Below the pieces are notes generated by a model. That model made no database searches, was not told where the DNA came from, and saw nothing but the letters and a program-made list of their open reading frames with translations. Shown in pieces: positions 1 to 9,925 of a DNA stretch of 57,790 bases. A program made the position numbers and the translations under genes. The first letter of the stretch is position 1. Every line of letters starts with the position of its first letter. The stretch comes from a virus (lineage: Duplodnaviria; Caudoviricetes). Location: the IMG/VR virus record IMGVR_UViG_3300033149_006504, positions 1 to 57,790 of that record. The stretch is one strand, 5' to 3'.

Positions 1-1
1 T

Positions 2-1456
2 TATCAGGCTGACCTTTTAGCAGATTTCAACGATTATCGATTTAATGTAATTCTCAAAGCCAGACAGCTTGGTATCTCAACTATTGCCGCTGGCTATGTT
101 GTTTGGTTGATGCTGTTTCATAGGGATAAAAATATCCTTGTTATGGCCACAAAATTTAAAACCGCTTCAAACTTGGTTAAAAAAGTTAAGGCGATTATGA
201 AAAATCTTCCAGAATGGATTATTATTTCAGAGATTTCAATAGACAATCGTTCATCATTCGAACTTTCCAATGGTTCCCAGATCCAGGCAGCCTCAACCTC
301 CGGCGATGCCGGCCGCTCAGAGGCTCTCTCTCTGTTGGTTATTGATGAGGCAGCCCATGTTGAAAACCTCGATGAATTGTGGGCGGGACTATACCCTACA
401 ATCTCAACAGGAGGTCGTGTTATCGCTTTGAGCACCCCCAACGGTGTGGGAAATTGGTTTCATAAAGTATATTCGGAAGCTGCAGAAGGCTCAAATGATT
501 TTCATCCCGTTAATTTACGGTGGGATAGTCACCCAGAAAGGGATCAGGCATGGTTTGATAAAGAAACCAGGAATATGTCAAGGAGGGAAATAGCACAGGA
601 ACTCGAATGCAACTTTAATACTTCGGGAGAATCTGTAATTCATCCGGAAGATATCGCCTGGATAGAGGAAATGGTATGTGATCCACAATACAGGACCGGA
701 TTCGATAGAAATATGTGGATTTGGGAAAAATACGAGCCAGACAACTCTTATTTGCTGGTAGCTGATGTTGCTAGAGGTGACGGCGCAGATTATTCTGTAT
801 TTCATATTCTAAAGCTGGAAACAATGGAGGTGGTAGCCGAATATCAGGGCAAGCCGAGCCTCGATATGTATGCAAATATTTTATTGCAGGCCGGTAAAGA
901 ATACGGAAATTGTCTTCTTGTTGTCGAAAATGTTGGCATTGGCATCTCTGTTTTGGAAAAACTCATTGATTTAGAATATCCAAATTTATATTACTCAATA
1001 AAGAGCACTCACGAGTTCGTGGATAGCTACCAGGGGGAAACAAACAGTTCGGCAGTACCTGGATTTACAACATCTTCCAGGACCAGACCACTAATTGTTG
1101 CAAAATTGGAAGAATTCATAAGAAACAAACTAATTAGGGTATATTCAGTTCGTTTTTCAAATGAGATGCGAACTTTTATTTGGCATAATGGCAAACCTCA
1201 AGCAATGAGGGGTTATAATGACGATTTGACAATGGCTCTAGCTATTGCATGCTGGGTTAAGGACACAGCACTGTCGATAAATAAGAAGGAATCAGATTAC
1301 AAAAAGGCTTGTTTAGGGTCAATAATAAAAGTTGATACAAAAATCAATACAACAATCCCAGGAATGCAAGGGTACGATAGAAAACAAGCTCTGGATGAGA
1401 AAATGTTTCAGGCAAAAGATGATTATAAAAAATATTCATGGTTAATAAAAGGATAG
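2..1456 (+). CDS. terL: Terminase large subunit (T4 gp17-like), 5'-truncated by window edge
   Basis: The frame is open from position 2 (YQADLLADFNDYRFNVILKARQLGIST, terminase Walker A region). It also has Walker B LLVIDEAAH, coupling motif LSTPNG, and RNase H-like nuclease residues ADVARGDGADYS and GYNDDL. Confidence 0.95.
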   Translation, partial: YQADLLADFNDYRFNVILKARQLGISTIAAGYVVWLMLFHRDKNILVMATKFKTASNLVKKVKAIMKNLPEWIIISEISIDNRSSFELSNGSQIQAASTSGDAGRSEALSLLVIDEAAHVENLDELWAGLYPTISTGGRVIALSTPNGVGNWFHKVYSEAAEGSNDFHPVNLRWDSHPERDQAWFDKETRNMSRREIAQELECNFNTSGESVIHPEDIAWIEEMVCDPQYRTGFDRNMWIWEKYEPDNSYLLVADVARGDGADYSVFHILKLETMEVVAEYQGKPSLDMYANILLQAGKEYGNCLLVVENVGIGISVLEKLIDLEYPNLYYSIKSTHEFVDSYQGETNSSAVPGFTTSSRTRPLIVAKLEEFIRNKLIRVYSVRFSNEMRTFIWHNGKPQAMRGYNDDLTMALAIACWVKDTALSINKKESDYKKACLGSIIKVDTKINTTIPGMQGYDRKQALDEKMFQAKDDYKKYSWLIKG

Positions 1457-1459
1457 AAA

Positions 1460-3388
1460 ATGGCAGATAGAAAAAACAACCCCTATAATCCCCAATCAGA
1501 ATTATTCAGGCGCCTCACTCGCTTGTTCTCTGGGCCAATCGTAAATTGGCGCACCCAGATGAATCGCAAAATACGAAGGACCTCATTAGACAAATATTCA
1601 ACACAGTTTAAGTCTGCATCTGGCCAGCAATTTAGAAAAGCAGAGTATAGCCCCTTTGATGTCATGCATTCTAAAATCCTGGCACAACAAAACAGGGCCG
1701 AGAGATATGTTGATTATGAACAAATGGAATACATGCCAGAAATTGCTTCAGCAATGGATATATATGCCGATGAGATGACAACTCACTCTGCTTTATCTCC
1801 GATGTTGAACATTGAGTGCACAAATGAAGAAATAAAGGCTGTCCTGTCCTCTTTATACGAAAATGTCCTAAACATTAACCACAACCTTTTTGGTTGGTGC
1901 CGTTCAATGTGTAAATATGGAGATTTTATTCTCTATATGGATATCGATGAGACGATCGGAGTTAAATCTGTTATCCCCATCCCTCTCAGAGAAGTTGAGC
2001 GAATGGAGGGCGAAGATCCCACCAATCCAAACTATATTCAATATCAATGGAATAGTGCCGGCATGACTTTCGAAAATTGGCAAGTCGCCCATTTCCGAGT
2101 ATTAGGAAACGATAAATACACTCCATATGGCACATCTGTTTTAGATCCAGCTCGCCGTATCTGGCGCCAGCTTGTTTTGATGGAAGACGCGATGATGGCA
2201 TATAGAATCGTCCGATCTTCCGAGAGAAGGGTATTCTACATTGATGTGGGAAATATTGCTCCTCAAGATGTCGAGACATTCGTTCAAAAAACAATTACAT
2301 CTATGAAGCGAAATCAGGTTGTCGATGCCACCACGGGCCGTGTAGACCTTCGCTATAACCCCCTCTCGGTCGAAGAAGATTATTTCATCCCAGTTCGTGG
2401 AGGAGAATCTTCAAAAATTGAAAATCTCCCCGGTGGCCAATTTACCGGAGATATTGACGATGTTAAATATCTCAGAGACAAGATGTTTGCAGCATTGAAA
2501 GTTCCCGCTTCATACCTTTCGGCCGGCGAAGAATCAGCTGAAGACAAAACAACACTCTCACAGAAAGATATGAGATTCGCCAGAACAATTCAGCGCCTTC
2601 AGCGCGCCGTCATTACCGAATTAGAAAAGATTGGTATTGTACACCTCTATACTTTGGGATTTCGCGGAGATGATTTGGTTAGTTTTCGATTAAGACTAAA
2701 CAACCCATCGAAAATCGCAGAAATACAAGAACTAGAGCACTGGAAAATAAAATTCGACATTGCAGGCGGAGCTACTGAGAATTTTTTCTCTCGTCGTTGG
2801 ATAGCACAAAACATTTTCAGCCTCTCTGAAGAAGAATTTGTGCGCAATCAGAGAGAAATGTATCATGATAGAAAATATGAGGCAGAGTTAAATGCGACTG
2901 CAGAGGTAGCCGGCGAACAAGCCGCTGCCGATTTCGGTGGTAATTTGGGATCAGCTGACGAATTAGACCTGGGAGGAGAAGGCCCGCTGGACTTAGAAGA
3001 CCTCGGCGCCGAAACAGAAGCAGATGAGGAAATCGAAGGTTCGCTACTGGCAGCCCCCGCAAATAGGAACGATAGAAATCAAAAATATACTCAAAATTCT
3101 GTTTCCCGAAAGGCAAAAGGTAAGTCATATGTTTCGAAAAAATTGCGAGGTGGTGACTCCCGGTCAGGCCGCCAGCAAAATTATTTAGGAATCGCAATAC
3201 CGAAGCCAAAAGATATTTTACCGGGTTCATCTGACTTTAGGAGTCTTTCACGGGGTATTTACGAGGTCGAGCAACCTACTTATCCCGGTGGAGACGAAAT
3301 TTCTCTTTTTGAGAATAGTCTGAGAGTCCATAAGTTAATTCAAGAATTGGAATATTCGGAGAACCAACCAGATGAAAATGAAACATAA
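1460..3388 (+). CDS. gp20: Portal protein (T4 gp20-like) with acidic C-terminal extension
   Basis: gp20-type motifs LMEDAMMAYRIVRSSERRVFYIDVGN, EEDYFIPVRGG, IENLPGG and DDVKYLRDK; directly follows terL. Confidence 0.93.
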   Translation: MADRKNNPYNPQSELFRRLTRLFSGPIVNWRTQMNRKIRRTSLDKYSTQFKSASGQQFRKAEYSPFDVMHSKILAQQNRAERYVDYEQMEYMPEIASAMDIYADEMTTHSALSPMLNIECTNEEIKAVLSSLYENVLNINHNLFGWCRSMCKYGDFILYMDIDETIGVKSVIPIPLREVERMEGEDPTNPNYIQYQWNSAGMTFENWQVAHFRVLGNDKYTPYGTSVLDPARRIWRQLVLMEDAMMAYRIVRSSERRVFYIDVGNIAPQDVETFVQKTITSMKRNQVVDATTGRVDLRYNPLSVEEDYFIPVRGGESSKIENLPGGQFTGDIDDVKYLRDKMFAALKVPASYLSAGEESAEDKTTLSQKDMRFARTIQRLQRAVITELEKIGIVHLYTLGFRGDDLVSFRLRLNNPSKIAEIQELEHWKIKFDIAGGATENFFSRRWIAQNIFSLSEEEFVRNQREMYHDRKYEAELNATAEVAGEQAAADFGGNLGSADELDLGGEGPLDLEDLGAETEADEEIEGSLLAAPANRNDRNQKYTQNSVSRKAKGKSYVSKKLRGGDSRSGRQQNYLGIAIPKPKDILPGSSDFRSLSRGIYEVEQPTYPGGDEISLFENSLRVHKLIQELEYSENQPDENET

Positions 3389-4190
3389 TAAAAAACGAAA
3401 TACCGCTTTTATATACGAAGCGATTATAAGGGAGTTGGCGAAAGCCATGGTGGAAAATAATAGACAGAAACAAACAACTATTGTTAGCTTGATTAAAGGC
3501 CATTTCAAGGGCAGTTCTGCTTTAGCAAAAGATTTGGATTTATATAAGTCTATTTTGGAGACCAACGGCGTTGACAAATATACTGCCGAAAAGGTTATTT
3601 TTCAATCTCGAACGATAAAAGGCGGTATAAACCACCGACAATTATTTGAAGAACAGACAAAAGTTATCAATAAGATTAATAAATCTATTTCTCCAGATGT
3701 ATTTTCGAATTTTATTCCCAACTACAAGGATCTGGCTACTATTTTTCAAATATTTAATCCAAAGACCAAAATGAGACAGAGGGTTCTCTTAGAGGGGGAA
3801 ATTATCGAAAAGATGATCTCCGAATCCGCACGAGAAGAAGAACTATTAAAGCCAATTGATAAGCTGACCTATAAGACTTTCGTTAAAAAATTCAATGAAA
3901 AATATTCAAATTCCCTTTTGTCCGAACAGCGCAACTTGTTAAAACATTATATTTCCTCTTTTGCTGATAACGGAATAGATTTAAAAATATACTTAAATGA
4001 AGAGATTCCTAGATTGATAGAACATATGAAAAAATCTTTGGAATTAAAAGAGGTCAGAGAAGATACAGAAATGGAGAGCAAGACACAAAAGGTTATTAAT
4101 ATCCTGGAGAGTACCTCTAAACGTCAAGTTGATAATAAATTTATTCACGAAATATTAAAAATCCAGGATTTGGTTAAGGAATTTAATTAA
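3372..4190 (+). CDS. Hypothetical helical protein in head module
   Basis: 272-aa ORF overlapping the portal stop; Lys/Glu-rich; no recognisable family motif. Confidence 0.7.
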   Translation: MKMKHNKKRNTAFIYEAIIRELAKAMVENNRQKQTTIVSLIKGHFKGSSALAKDLDLYKSILETNGVDKYTAEKVIFQSRTIKGGINHRQLFEEQTKVINKINKSISPDVFSNFIPNYKDLATIFQIFNPKTKMRQRVLLEGEIIEKMISESAREEELLKPIDKLTYKTFVKKFNEKYSNSLLSEQRNLLKHYISSFADNGIDLKIYLNEEIPRLIEHMKKSLELKEVREDTEMESKTQKVINILESTSKRQVDNKFIHEILKIQDLVKEFN

Positions 4191-4738
4191 TGGGAATCTT
4201 AGTCAAATTCGGAAAGGGAGATACCGTACAAACAGTCTCTTTGGAATTAAAAGCGCGAAAGTCACTAGACGGAAACATCATGATTTTTGATCATCAGGAA
4301 ATAGATATTGTCATAATGCCAAAAAAGAGTAAAATTGTAACTTTTGCAAAAAATGACTTTTCAGAAACTGTTTATGGTGCCCAAAATAGAATGTTCGAGT
4401 TTCTGAAGCGAAAAGGTGTTGTGAATTACGACACGATTCGGGGCGGAAATGTTTATGGTTCACTTGAGGGAACAATCCCCACTCCTCAAGATGAAAATGT
4501 AAATTCGATTGATCATGCTATTTATGGAATTTATAAATTCTTAAAAGAAGAAACCCCATATTATAATTATATTAATGATTATGAAGAGATGCTTGAAGAT
4601 TATTTCACCAAGCCGACAGAAGAAGACTCGACAGCCCTCGGCGCTGTCCCCCAATCCACGGAAAAAGGTTCAGTAAGGCCCGGATACTCATACCAACCAT
4701 ACTGGATGAGTTACATGCTCGAAGGAAAAGAAAAATGA
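4190..4738 (+). CDS. Hypothetical protein
   Basis: 182-aa ORF, TAATG-coupled to the upstream gene. Confidence 0.7.
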   Translation: MGILVKFGKGDTVQTVSLELKARKSLDGNIMIFDHQEIDIVIMPKKSKIVTFAKNDFSETVYGAQNRMFEFLKRKGVVNYDTIRGGNVYGSLEGTIPTPQDENVNSIDHAIYGIYKFLKEETPYYNYINDYEEMLEDYFTKPTEEDSTALGAVPQSTEKGSVRPGYSYQPYWMSYMLEGKEK

Positions 4739-4968
4739 AAACTAACAAATCACAGTTGAGAAGGCTTATTGAAGAGGAGATCAAATTGATTTCAGAAACC
4801 GGATCCCGCAACCCGATGTACCTCCAAGCGAAACGACTCGTAGGACTCGACCATGCTAAAGCGGCCGCTAAAAATTTGCAAATGGCCATCGAAACGGAAT
4901 TCTTCGATCCAATTGAACACAAAAAGACCTTACTTACATTAATCGACTTAGTCTTAAAATTAGAATAA
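4735..4968 (+). CDS. Small hypothetical protein with N-terminal KSQLRRLIEEE motif
   Basis: 77-aa ORF with ATGA overlap with the upstream stop. Confidence 0.65.
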   Translation: MKTNKSQLRRLIEEEIKLISETGSRNPMYLQAKRLVGLDHAKAAAKNLQMAIETEFFDPIEHKKTLLTLIDLVLKLE

Positions 4969-4973
4969 TAGAA

Positions 4974-5267
4974 TTGCCTCTCCTCTATTTTGTTTTAACA
5001 GCCTATGGTCTAACTCAGTTGATCTGCTATGCCAAGATTTTTAATAAAATCCGACCAAGTGGTCATTTTTGGACATGTCCAATGTGCATAGGATTTTGGG
5101 TGGGGATACTTTTATGTGGCATAAACCCATGGACAGAACTATTTATATTTGAATTAACCGCTGTAAATCTATTTATTTGTGGATGCATAAGTTCTGGTAC
5201 TTCATATGTATTGAACATGCTTTTTGGAGACCGGGGTATTAACCTCGTCATAAGGGAGAAAAAATAA
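4974..5267 (+). CDS. Small membrane protein, DUF1360-like
   Basis: Hydrophobic segments around a CPMCIGFWVG (CxxC..W) motif; TTG start. Confidence 0.55.
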   Translation: MPLLYFVLTAYGLTQLICYAKIFNKIRPSGHFWTCPMCIGFWVGILLCGINPWTELFIFELTAVNLFICGCISSGTSYVLNMLFGDRGINLVIREKK

Positions 5268-5320
5268 TGTTTAGAAGGTGGATGCTACGAGGGGTTCGAC
5301 GCTGTAAAAACGGTTGTTGA
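5267..5320 (+). CDS. Possible 17-aa Arg/Cys-rich peptide MFRRWMLRGVRRCKNGC
   Basis: TAATG coupling to the upstream stop, GGAG about 8 nt upstream, and it fills the gap before the protease gene. Confidence 0.35.
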   Translation: MFRRWMLRGVRRCKNGC

Positions 5321-5342
5321 CCACTTTAAAAAGGATAATAAA

Positions 5343-5960
5343 ATGAGTAAAGTTTTACTACGAGAATACTATGCCCTCTGTGAGGGCGGCACCTGTCAAG
5401 ATTTGTTAACAGAGGCTGAGAAAATAGATATACAGAAGAACGGATCCCTGTATTTAACGGGTTTGATGCAATGTGCCGCCAAACCAAACGGAAATATGAG
5501 AATATATCCAGAAAATATTTTAGCTCGTGAGGTCCAAAATTATAAAAAATTAGTTAATGAAAATCGTGCTCTTGGCGAACTGGATCATCCGGATGATTCA
5601 GTCATCAATTTAAAGAATGCTTCGCATATTGTAACAAACATCTGGATGGAAGGTCCAGAAGTTAAGGGTACTGTCAGGGTACTTAATACACCATCGGGAA
5701 AAATCCTTCGCTCTTTAGTCGAAGGCGGCTGCCAGCTGGGCATCTCGTCTCGTGGCCTCGGCTCTGTCCGGGAAATGTCTGATGGGTGTGTCGCAGTGGA
5801 AGATGATTTCCAGCTTATTTGTTTTGATTTCGTCTCCGAGCCATCAACACCAAATGCATTTATGAACTTGCAGGAAGGCAAGAAATATAAAGAGCCAAAC
5901 ATTTTTACCAAGGCCGATAGAATTAATCGAGCCTTGAATAATATCTTGGGTGATAAATGA
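5343..5960 (+). CDS. gp21: Prohead core protease (T4 gp21-like)
   Basis: NGNMRIYP, ALGELDHP (catalytic His), LNTPSG, GISSRGLGS (catalytic Ser) and FDFVSEPS motifs. Confidence 0.93.
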   Translation: MSKVLLREYYALCEGGTCQDLLTEAEKIDIQKNGSLYLTGLMQCAAKPNGNMRIYPENILAREVQNYKKLVNENRALGELDHPDDSVINLKNASHIVTNIWMEGPEVKGTVRVLNTPSGKILRSLVEGGCQLGISSRGLGSVREMSDGCVAVEDDFQLICFDFVSEPSTPNAFMNLQEGKKYKEPNIFTKADRINRALNNILGDK

Positions 5961-6382
5961 AAAAAAATGAATTACAAAAAATCTTAAAACCCCTCATCAA
6001 AGAATGTATCAAAGAAGTAATCTTTGAAGATGGTGTCCTGTCTGGAATAATCTCCGAGGTTGTCCAAGGAATAGGCCAACAAAGAATCGTTGAAACCGTT
6101 GAATCAAAACGGCCAGAGCCTGACTTCTCAAGAAGCCAGCGCATCGAACTCCAAGAAGAATCGAGACTTCAAATGGAAGAAAAAAAGAGAAAATTAGAAG
6201 AGTCAATGGGCGGCGGCTTCAAAGGAATTTTTGAAAATGTAGACCCAATTTCGAATGGTGGTTCAACAAGAGAATCCAAAACAAAAGGCCCGCTTTCAGC
6301 ATATGCACCAAACGATGCTGGTGTGGATATTTCCGCCATAATGTCTTTGGGTGGAGCGAAAATATGGAAAAATATGAGCTAG
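5957..6382 (+). CDS. Hypothetical protein (possible prohead core component)
   Basis: 141-aa ORF with ATGA overlap; N-terminal LKPLIKECIKE helix. Confidence 0.65.
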   Translation: MKKNELQKILKPLIKECIKEVIFEDGVLSGIISEVVQGIGQQRIVETVESKRPEPDFSRSQRIELQEESRLQMEEKKRKLEESMGGGFKGIFENVDPISNGGSTRESKTKGPLSAYAPNDAGVDISAIMSLGGAKIWKNMS

Positions 6383-6460
6383 TTTTTACATCCACTCGTG
6401 GCAAGAGTCTTTAATATTCCGCATCTGCTGATATAAAAAGCAAAAAAACACATTTGAGAT

Positions 6461-6470
6461 AGTATTTATA
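6461..6470 (+). promoter_or_regulatory. Putative late promoter motif (AGTATTTATA)
   Basis: Variant of the ACTATTTAT motif, 20 nt upstream of the 6491 start. Confidence 0.45.
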
Positions 6471-6490
6471 TGGAAGAGGGTTCCTGAATA

Positions 6491-9400
6491 ATGTCAAGGT
6501 TTAGACCGAGCAGAAATTATGTTAGTGGTAAGGTTGTATTCGATGGTGGACCAGTTGACATAACCGGAGACCTTGTAGTTTCGGGCACGATTACAGCAAA
6601 TCAATATAACGTAAATGTTGTCAATACCAATGTCAGCCACATAGACATGGATGGTTCTACAAAATTTGGTGATACTCCGGACGATACTCATCAATTTACA
6701 GGGTCCGTATTTATTAATGGCCCGATCTCCGCCAGCTCGTTTGTGGGTCCGATCTCCGCCACCCCCGCAGGGGCGGATACCCAAGTCCAGTATAATGATG
6801 CTGGCTCATTCGGCGCCGACACAGATTTTGTTTGGAATAAAACAACGAATACACTGACGGTCACAGGTGATATTACTGCTTCGGCAAATATTTCCGGCAC
6901 ATTCTTTTATGGAGACGGCTCCAACTTAACAAATCTGCCAGAAGGCACACCGGCAGGATTAGATACACAAATACAATTTAACAATGCAGGCACTTTTGGC
7001 GCCACAGCGGACTTGACTTGGGATGGCACAAATCTGTCTTCTTCAACCATCGTCCCGAATGCAACAACAACATATGATTTGGGATCCACAGATTTAAGCT
7101 GGAATACTCTCTATACTGACAGTGTTATTGGAGACCTACAGGGTGCAGTACTATTTGATGCCCGTAACGACGAAGGGGATGCGATATCTAAAGGTCAGGC
7201 AGTTTATATAAATGGTATATCCGGCCAAACACCGACTGTCGCACTGGCTGCATGTGATGATCCGAATAAAATGCCAGCTTTTGGTTTGGCTGCCACCGAT
7301 GCCGCTGACTCTGCCACAGTTCAAATCGTAACATTTGGAAGTATTTCCAACCTTAACCTTACAGCTTTATATGGGCAGGTATTTACAGAAGGAGACACTG
7401 TTTACATCCAGACGGGTTCTGGTGGAACTTCTGGGAGTTTAACACCCCTTGTTCCCACTGGATCAGACCATCTGATACAAAATTTAGGAATAATAGTTAG
7501 AGACGGCGGCGGCGGCGATGGGCAGATTAAAGTCGGTGGTGCCGGCAGAACAAATGCGACTCCGAATTTAGACAAGGGCTATCTATTTATAGGCAATGAT
7601 TCCGACCAATCAGTTCAAGATAACACACTATTTGTCTCTTCGTCTGCCGGAAAGGTTGGTATCAACAATCTAAATCCAACACATACCTTAACAGTATCTG
7701 GCGATTTCAGTGCCTCTCTTAATGTCTCTGCTTCTGCCTTTTATGGTGATGGGTCAAATTTAACCGGTATAGAAGTACCCCTTTTGGTTGGAAACTCCCT
7801 TTTTGTTGATGGCATTAATGGAAATGATGGCACTGGAACTAGGGGCGACAAATCACAACCGTATTTGACGATATCCTCGGCAATTGCAGCTTCAATCGCG
7901 GGCGATGCAATTTATGTCACTCCAGGGGACTATCCTGAAACCTCTTTGGCAATACCCGCAGGCCGAGCCTTATTTTCGCAGGGAGGCTATGCACAAACCT
8001 CTATCGGCATAACATCCTCGGCCACGGATATTATCACAACAGTTGACGATACTTGGATCGAGGGATTCACTGTCCATGTTCCAACCGGCTCTTCAAATGC
8101 GGGCATCCGCTATACCGGTACCGGTGGAACTATGCAGGCTTACTCCATGGCTTTTTCTGGCGATGGGGCTAGTGGGCAAGGGGATGGTTTCGTAAAAACT
8201 GGGACAGGCAAGGTAATTGGATCCGAAATTAGATTGGTTAAAGGCGGATTGAGTTCCATTATCAGGGTAGATCAGGGAGTCATGGCATTTGAATCGATTC
8301 ATGTTCCGTCCGCCTCTGGTGATATCACAAATGTCGCCCTTGCCGAAGGTACAGGGCGCGCCCAATTAATCAATTTTAACGCCGGGAATTCAAATGTTGT
8401 CAATGCAATGACCGTTTCTGGTTCCGCTACTGCAATTTGTCTAAGTGTAAATTGGTTTAATATCCAAAATGGGCTTAATATCCAGCAAGATGGGGTGAAT
8501 GTGGAGATAAATGGCGGAAAGATCCAACCTTCCGCATATGCTGTCACAATGAATAACTCTGTAACCTATACCAGTGCTTCGGTCATCTCTCTAACAAATA
8601 TCAATTCCCACCCCGATTTCAATTTTCCTCCGTCTGCTCTCAATGCTCAATTCGAGATAACATTTGCAACTACCTCAAATACTGATCATGATGCTGCCGA
8701 GAATTTATTTGGCACCGATTTCGTCGTAGGATTCCCAGAAAAAGGATCCGCAATGGCCATTGGCAACGGATCTTCATATGCTTCTGGGATAAAAGTATAT
8801 ACCAGTGACGGAACAGATACTACAACAACAACTGGATCTTTGATTGATGTCACAACTTCGGCATCTTCGATTGTTGGTTCGCCATTTACTTTTCAGGGAG
8901 GATCACCCGATCATTGCATATATTTTGGTTCGACAAGAAAGGATGTAGATTCAAATCCACTTAAATATTATGGGATCAATGTTGATACATCCGTTGGTTC
9001 GTTGACTGGTGCCTATGTATACGAGATCTGGAACGGGTCGGCATGGTCCGATATAGATTATCAATGCACTTCTGTGGATGCTGGCTATCGGTATGCCAAC
9101 AACCCATTTATGCGAACAGATAGCGAGGAATTCATCAGATTTGGACTCGACGACGATACAACCTGGGCTATTTCTACGATCGGTGGCGATGCCGCATACT
9201 GGACCCGCTGTAGGATAGTTACCTCTGCTAGTCTACCACAGTTTGAAAAATGGTGGGTGACCCCAACACACCTTTCTATTAGTGAAGCTGGTGTGAGACA
9301 GTCACACGGTGGTGCTATCTGGCAGGTGGAACTTGGTGCTTCCGGAAATGTTTTTGGTGAATCTGGCGGAGTCGTCGGGGCTAATATCCCTGTCGGGTCA

Positions 9401-9925
9401 GGGGGTCTACCAACAGGGTGGACACAAAGAATGCCCAATTCAAATTTAAATGGATCCGGAGATGCTATCTATACCCAGTTCACACTCCCCCCAGGAATCA
9501 ATACATCGCTGCCACTTAAATTTAAAATTATTTATTCTCTGGATGATCCCGCCGCCGCCGTAACCTTCCCAACTGGAATTCTGTCGGTTATCCCGATTCA
9601 GGTCACCGGTGTCAATGTCGCTGACCCACTGGGAGGCAAAATTCCAACCCCCAGAACATTCGCGAATACCGAAATACTGACAGCCAAGGCCGCCCCACTG
9701 GCACTCTCTAAATTACTACAGCCGACCGGAGCTATCGTCGGTGATGATTTGAGTAACAGAATATTCTCTACTATTTTTTCTCCCCTCTCGGTTGAGGAGT
9801 ACTATGAGGACGATATCGTCGCTATACGCTTCGAGCTAGATAACGACGGCAGTCCAAATTATAATGTCGGTGTTTGGGCAATCATGATCGAGGGACACAA
9901 ATTCACAGAAGGAAAGCCACACTAA
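6491..9925 (+). CDS. Large Gly/Ser/Thr-rich virion fibre/decoration protein
   Basis: 1144 aa, beta-rich. Repeated GADTQVQYND/GLDTQIQFNN and FYGDGSNLT modules, a beta-helix-like central part, and a structural gene context. Confidence 0.6.
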   Translation: MSRFRPSRNYVSGKVVFDGGPVDITGDLVVSGTITANQYNVNVVNTNVSHIDMDGSTKFGDTPDDTHQFTGSVFINGPISASSFVGPISATPAGADTQVQYNDAGSFGADTDFVWNKTTNTLTVTGDITASANISGTFFYGDGSNLTNLPEGTPAGLDTQIQFNNAGTFGATADLTWDGTNLSSSTIVPNATTTYDLGSTDLSWNTLYTDSVIGDLQGAVLFDARNDEGDAISKGQAVYINGISGQTPTVALAACDDPNKMPAFGLAATDAADSATVQIVTFGSISNLNLTALYGQVFTEGDTVYIQTGSGGTSGSLTPLVPTGSDHLIQNLGIIVRDGGGGDGQIKVGGAGRTNATPNLDKGYLFIGNDSDQSVQDNTLFVSSSAGKVGINNLNPTHTLTVSGDFSASLNVSASAFYGDGSNLTGIEVPLLVGNSLFVDGINGNDGTGTRGDKSQPYLTISSAIAASIAGDAIYVTPGDYPETSLAIPAGRALFSQGGYAQTSIGITSSATDIITTVDDTWIEGFTVHVPTGSSNAGIRYTGTGGTMQAYSMAFSGDGASGQGDGFVKTGTGKVIGSEIRLVKGGLSSIIRVDQGVMAFESIHVPSASGDITNVALAEGTGRAQLINFNAGNSNVVNAMTVSGSATAICLSVNWFNIQNGLNIQQDGVNVEINGGKIQPSAYAVTMNNSVTYTSASVISLTNINSHPDFNFPPSALNAQFEITFATTSNTDHDAAENLFGTDFVVGFPEKGSAMAIGNGSSYASGIKVYTSDGTDTTTTTGSLIDVTTSASSIVGSPFTFQGGSPDHCIYFGSTRKDVDSNPLKYYGINVDTSVGSLTGAYVYEIWNGSAWSDIDYQCTSVDAGYRYANNPFMRTDSEEFIRFGLDDDTTWAISTIGGDAAYWTRCRIVTSASLPQFEKWWVTPTHLSISEAGVRQSHGGAIWQVELGASGNVFGESGGVVGANIPVGSGGLPTGWTQRMPNSNLNGSGDAIYTQFTLPPGINTSLPLKFKIIYSLDDPAAAVTFPTGILSVIPIQVTGVNVADPLGGKIPTPRTFANTEILTAKAAPLALSKLLQPTGAIVGDDLSNRIFSTIFSPLSVEEYYEDDIVAIRFELDNDGSPNYNVGVWAIMIEGHKFTEGKPH

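Noticed and set aside
5315-5329. Selenocysteine readthrough at TGT-TGA of the micro-ORF
   Set aside because: An in-frame TAA follows two sense codons later, and no SECIS-like hairpin is evident.
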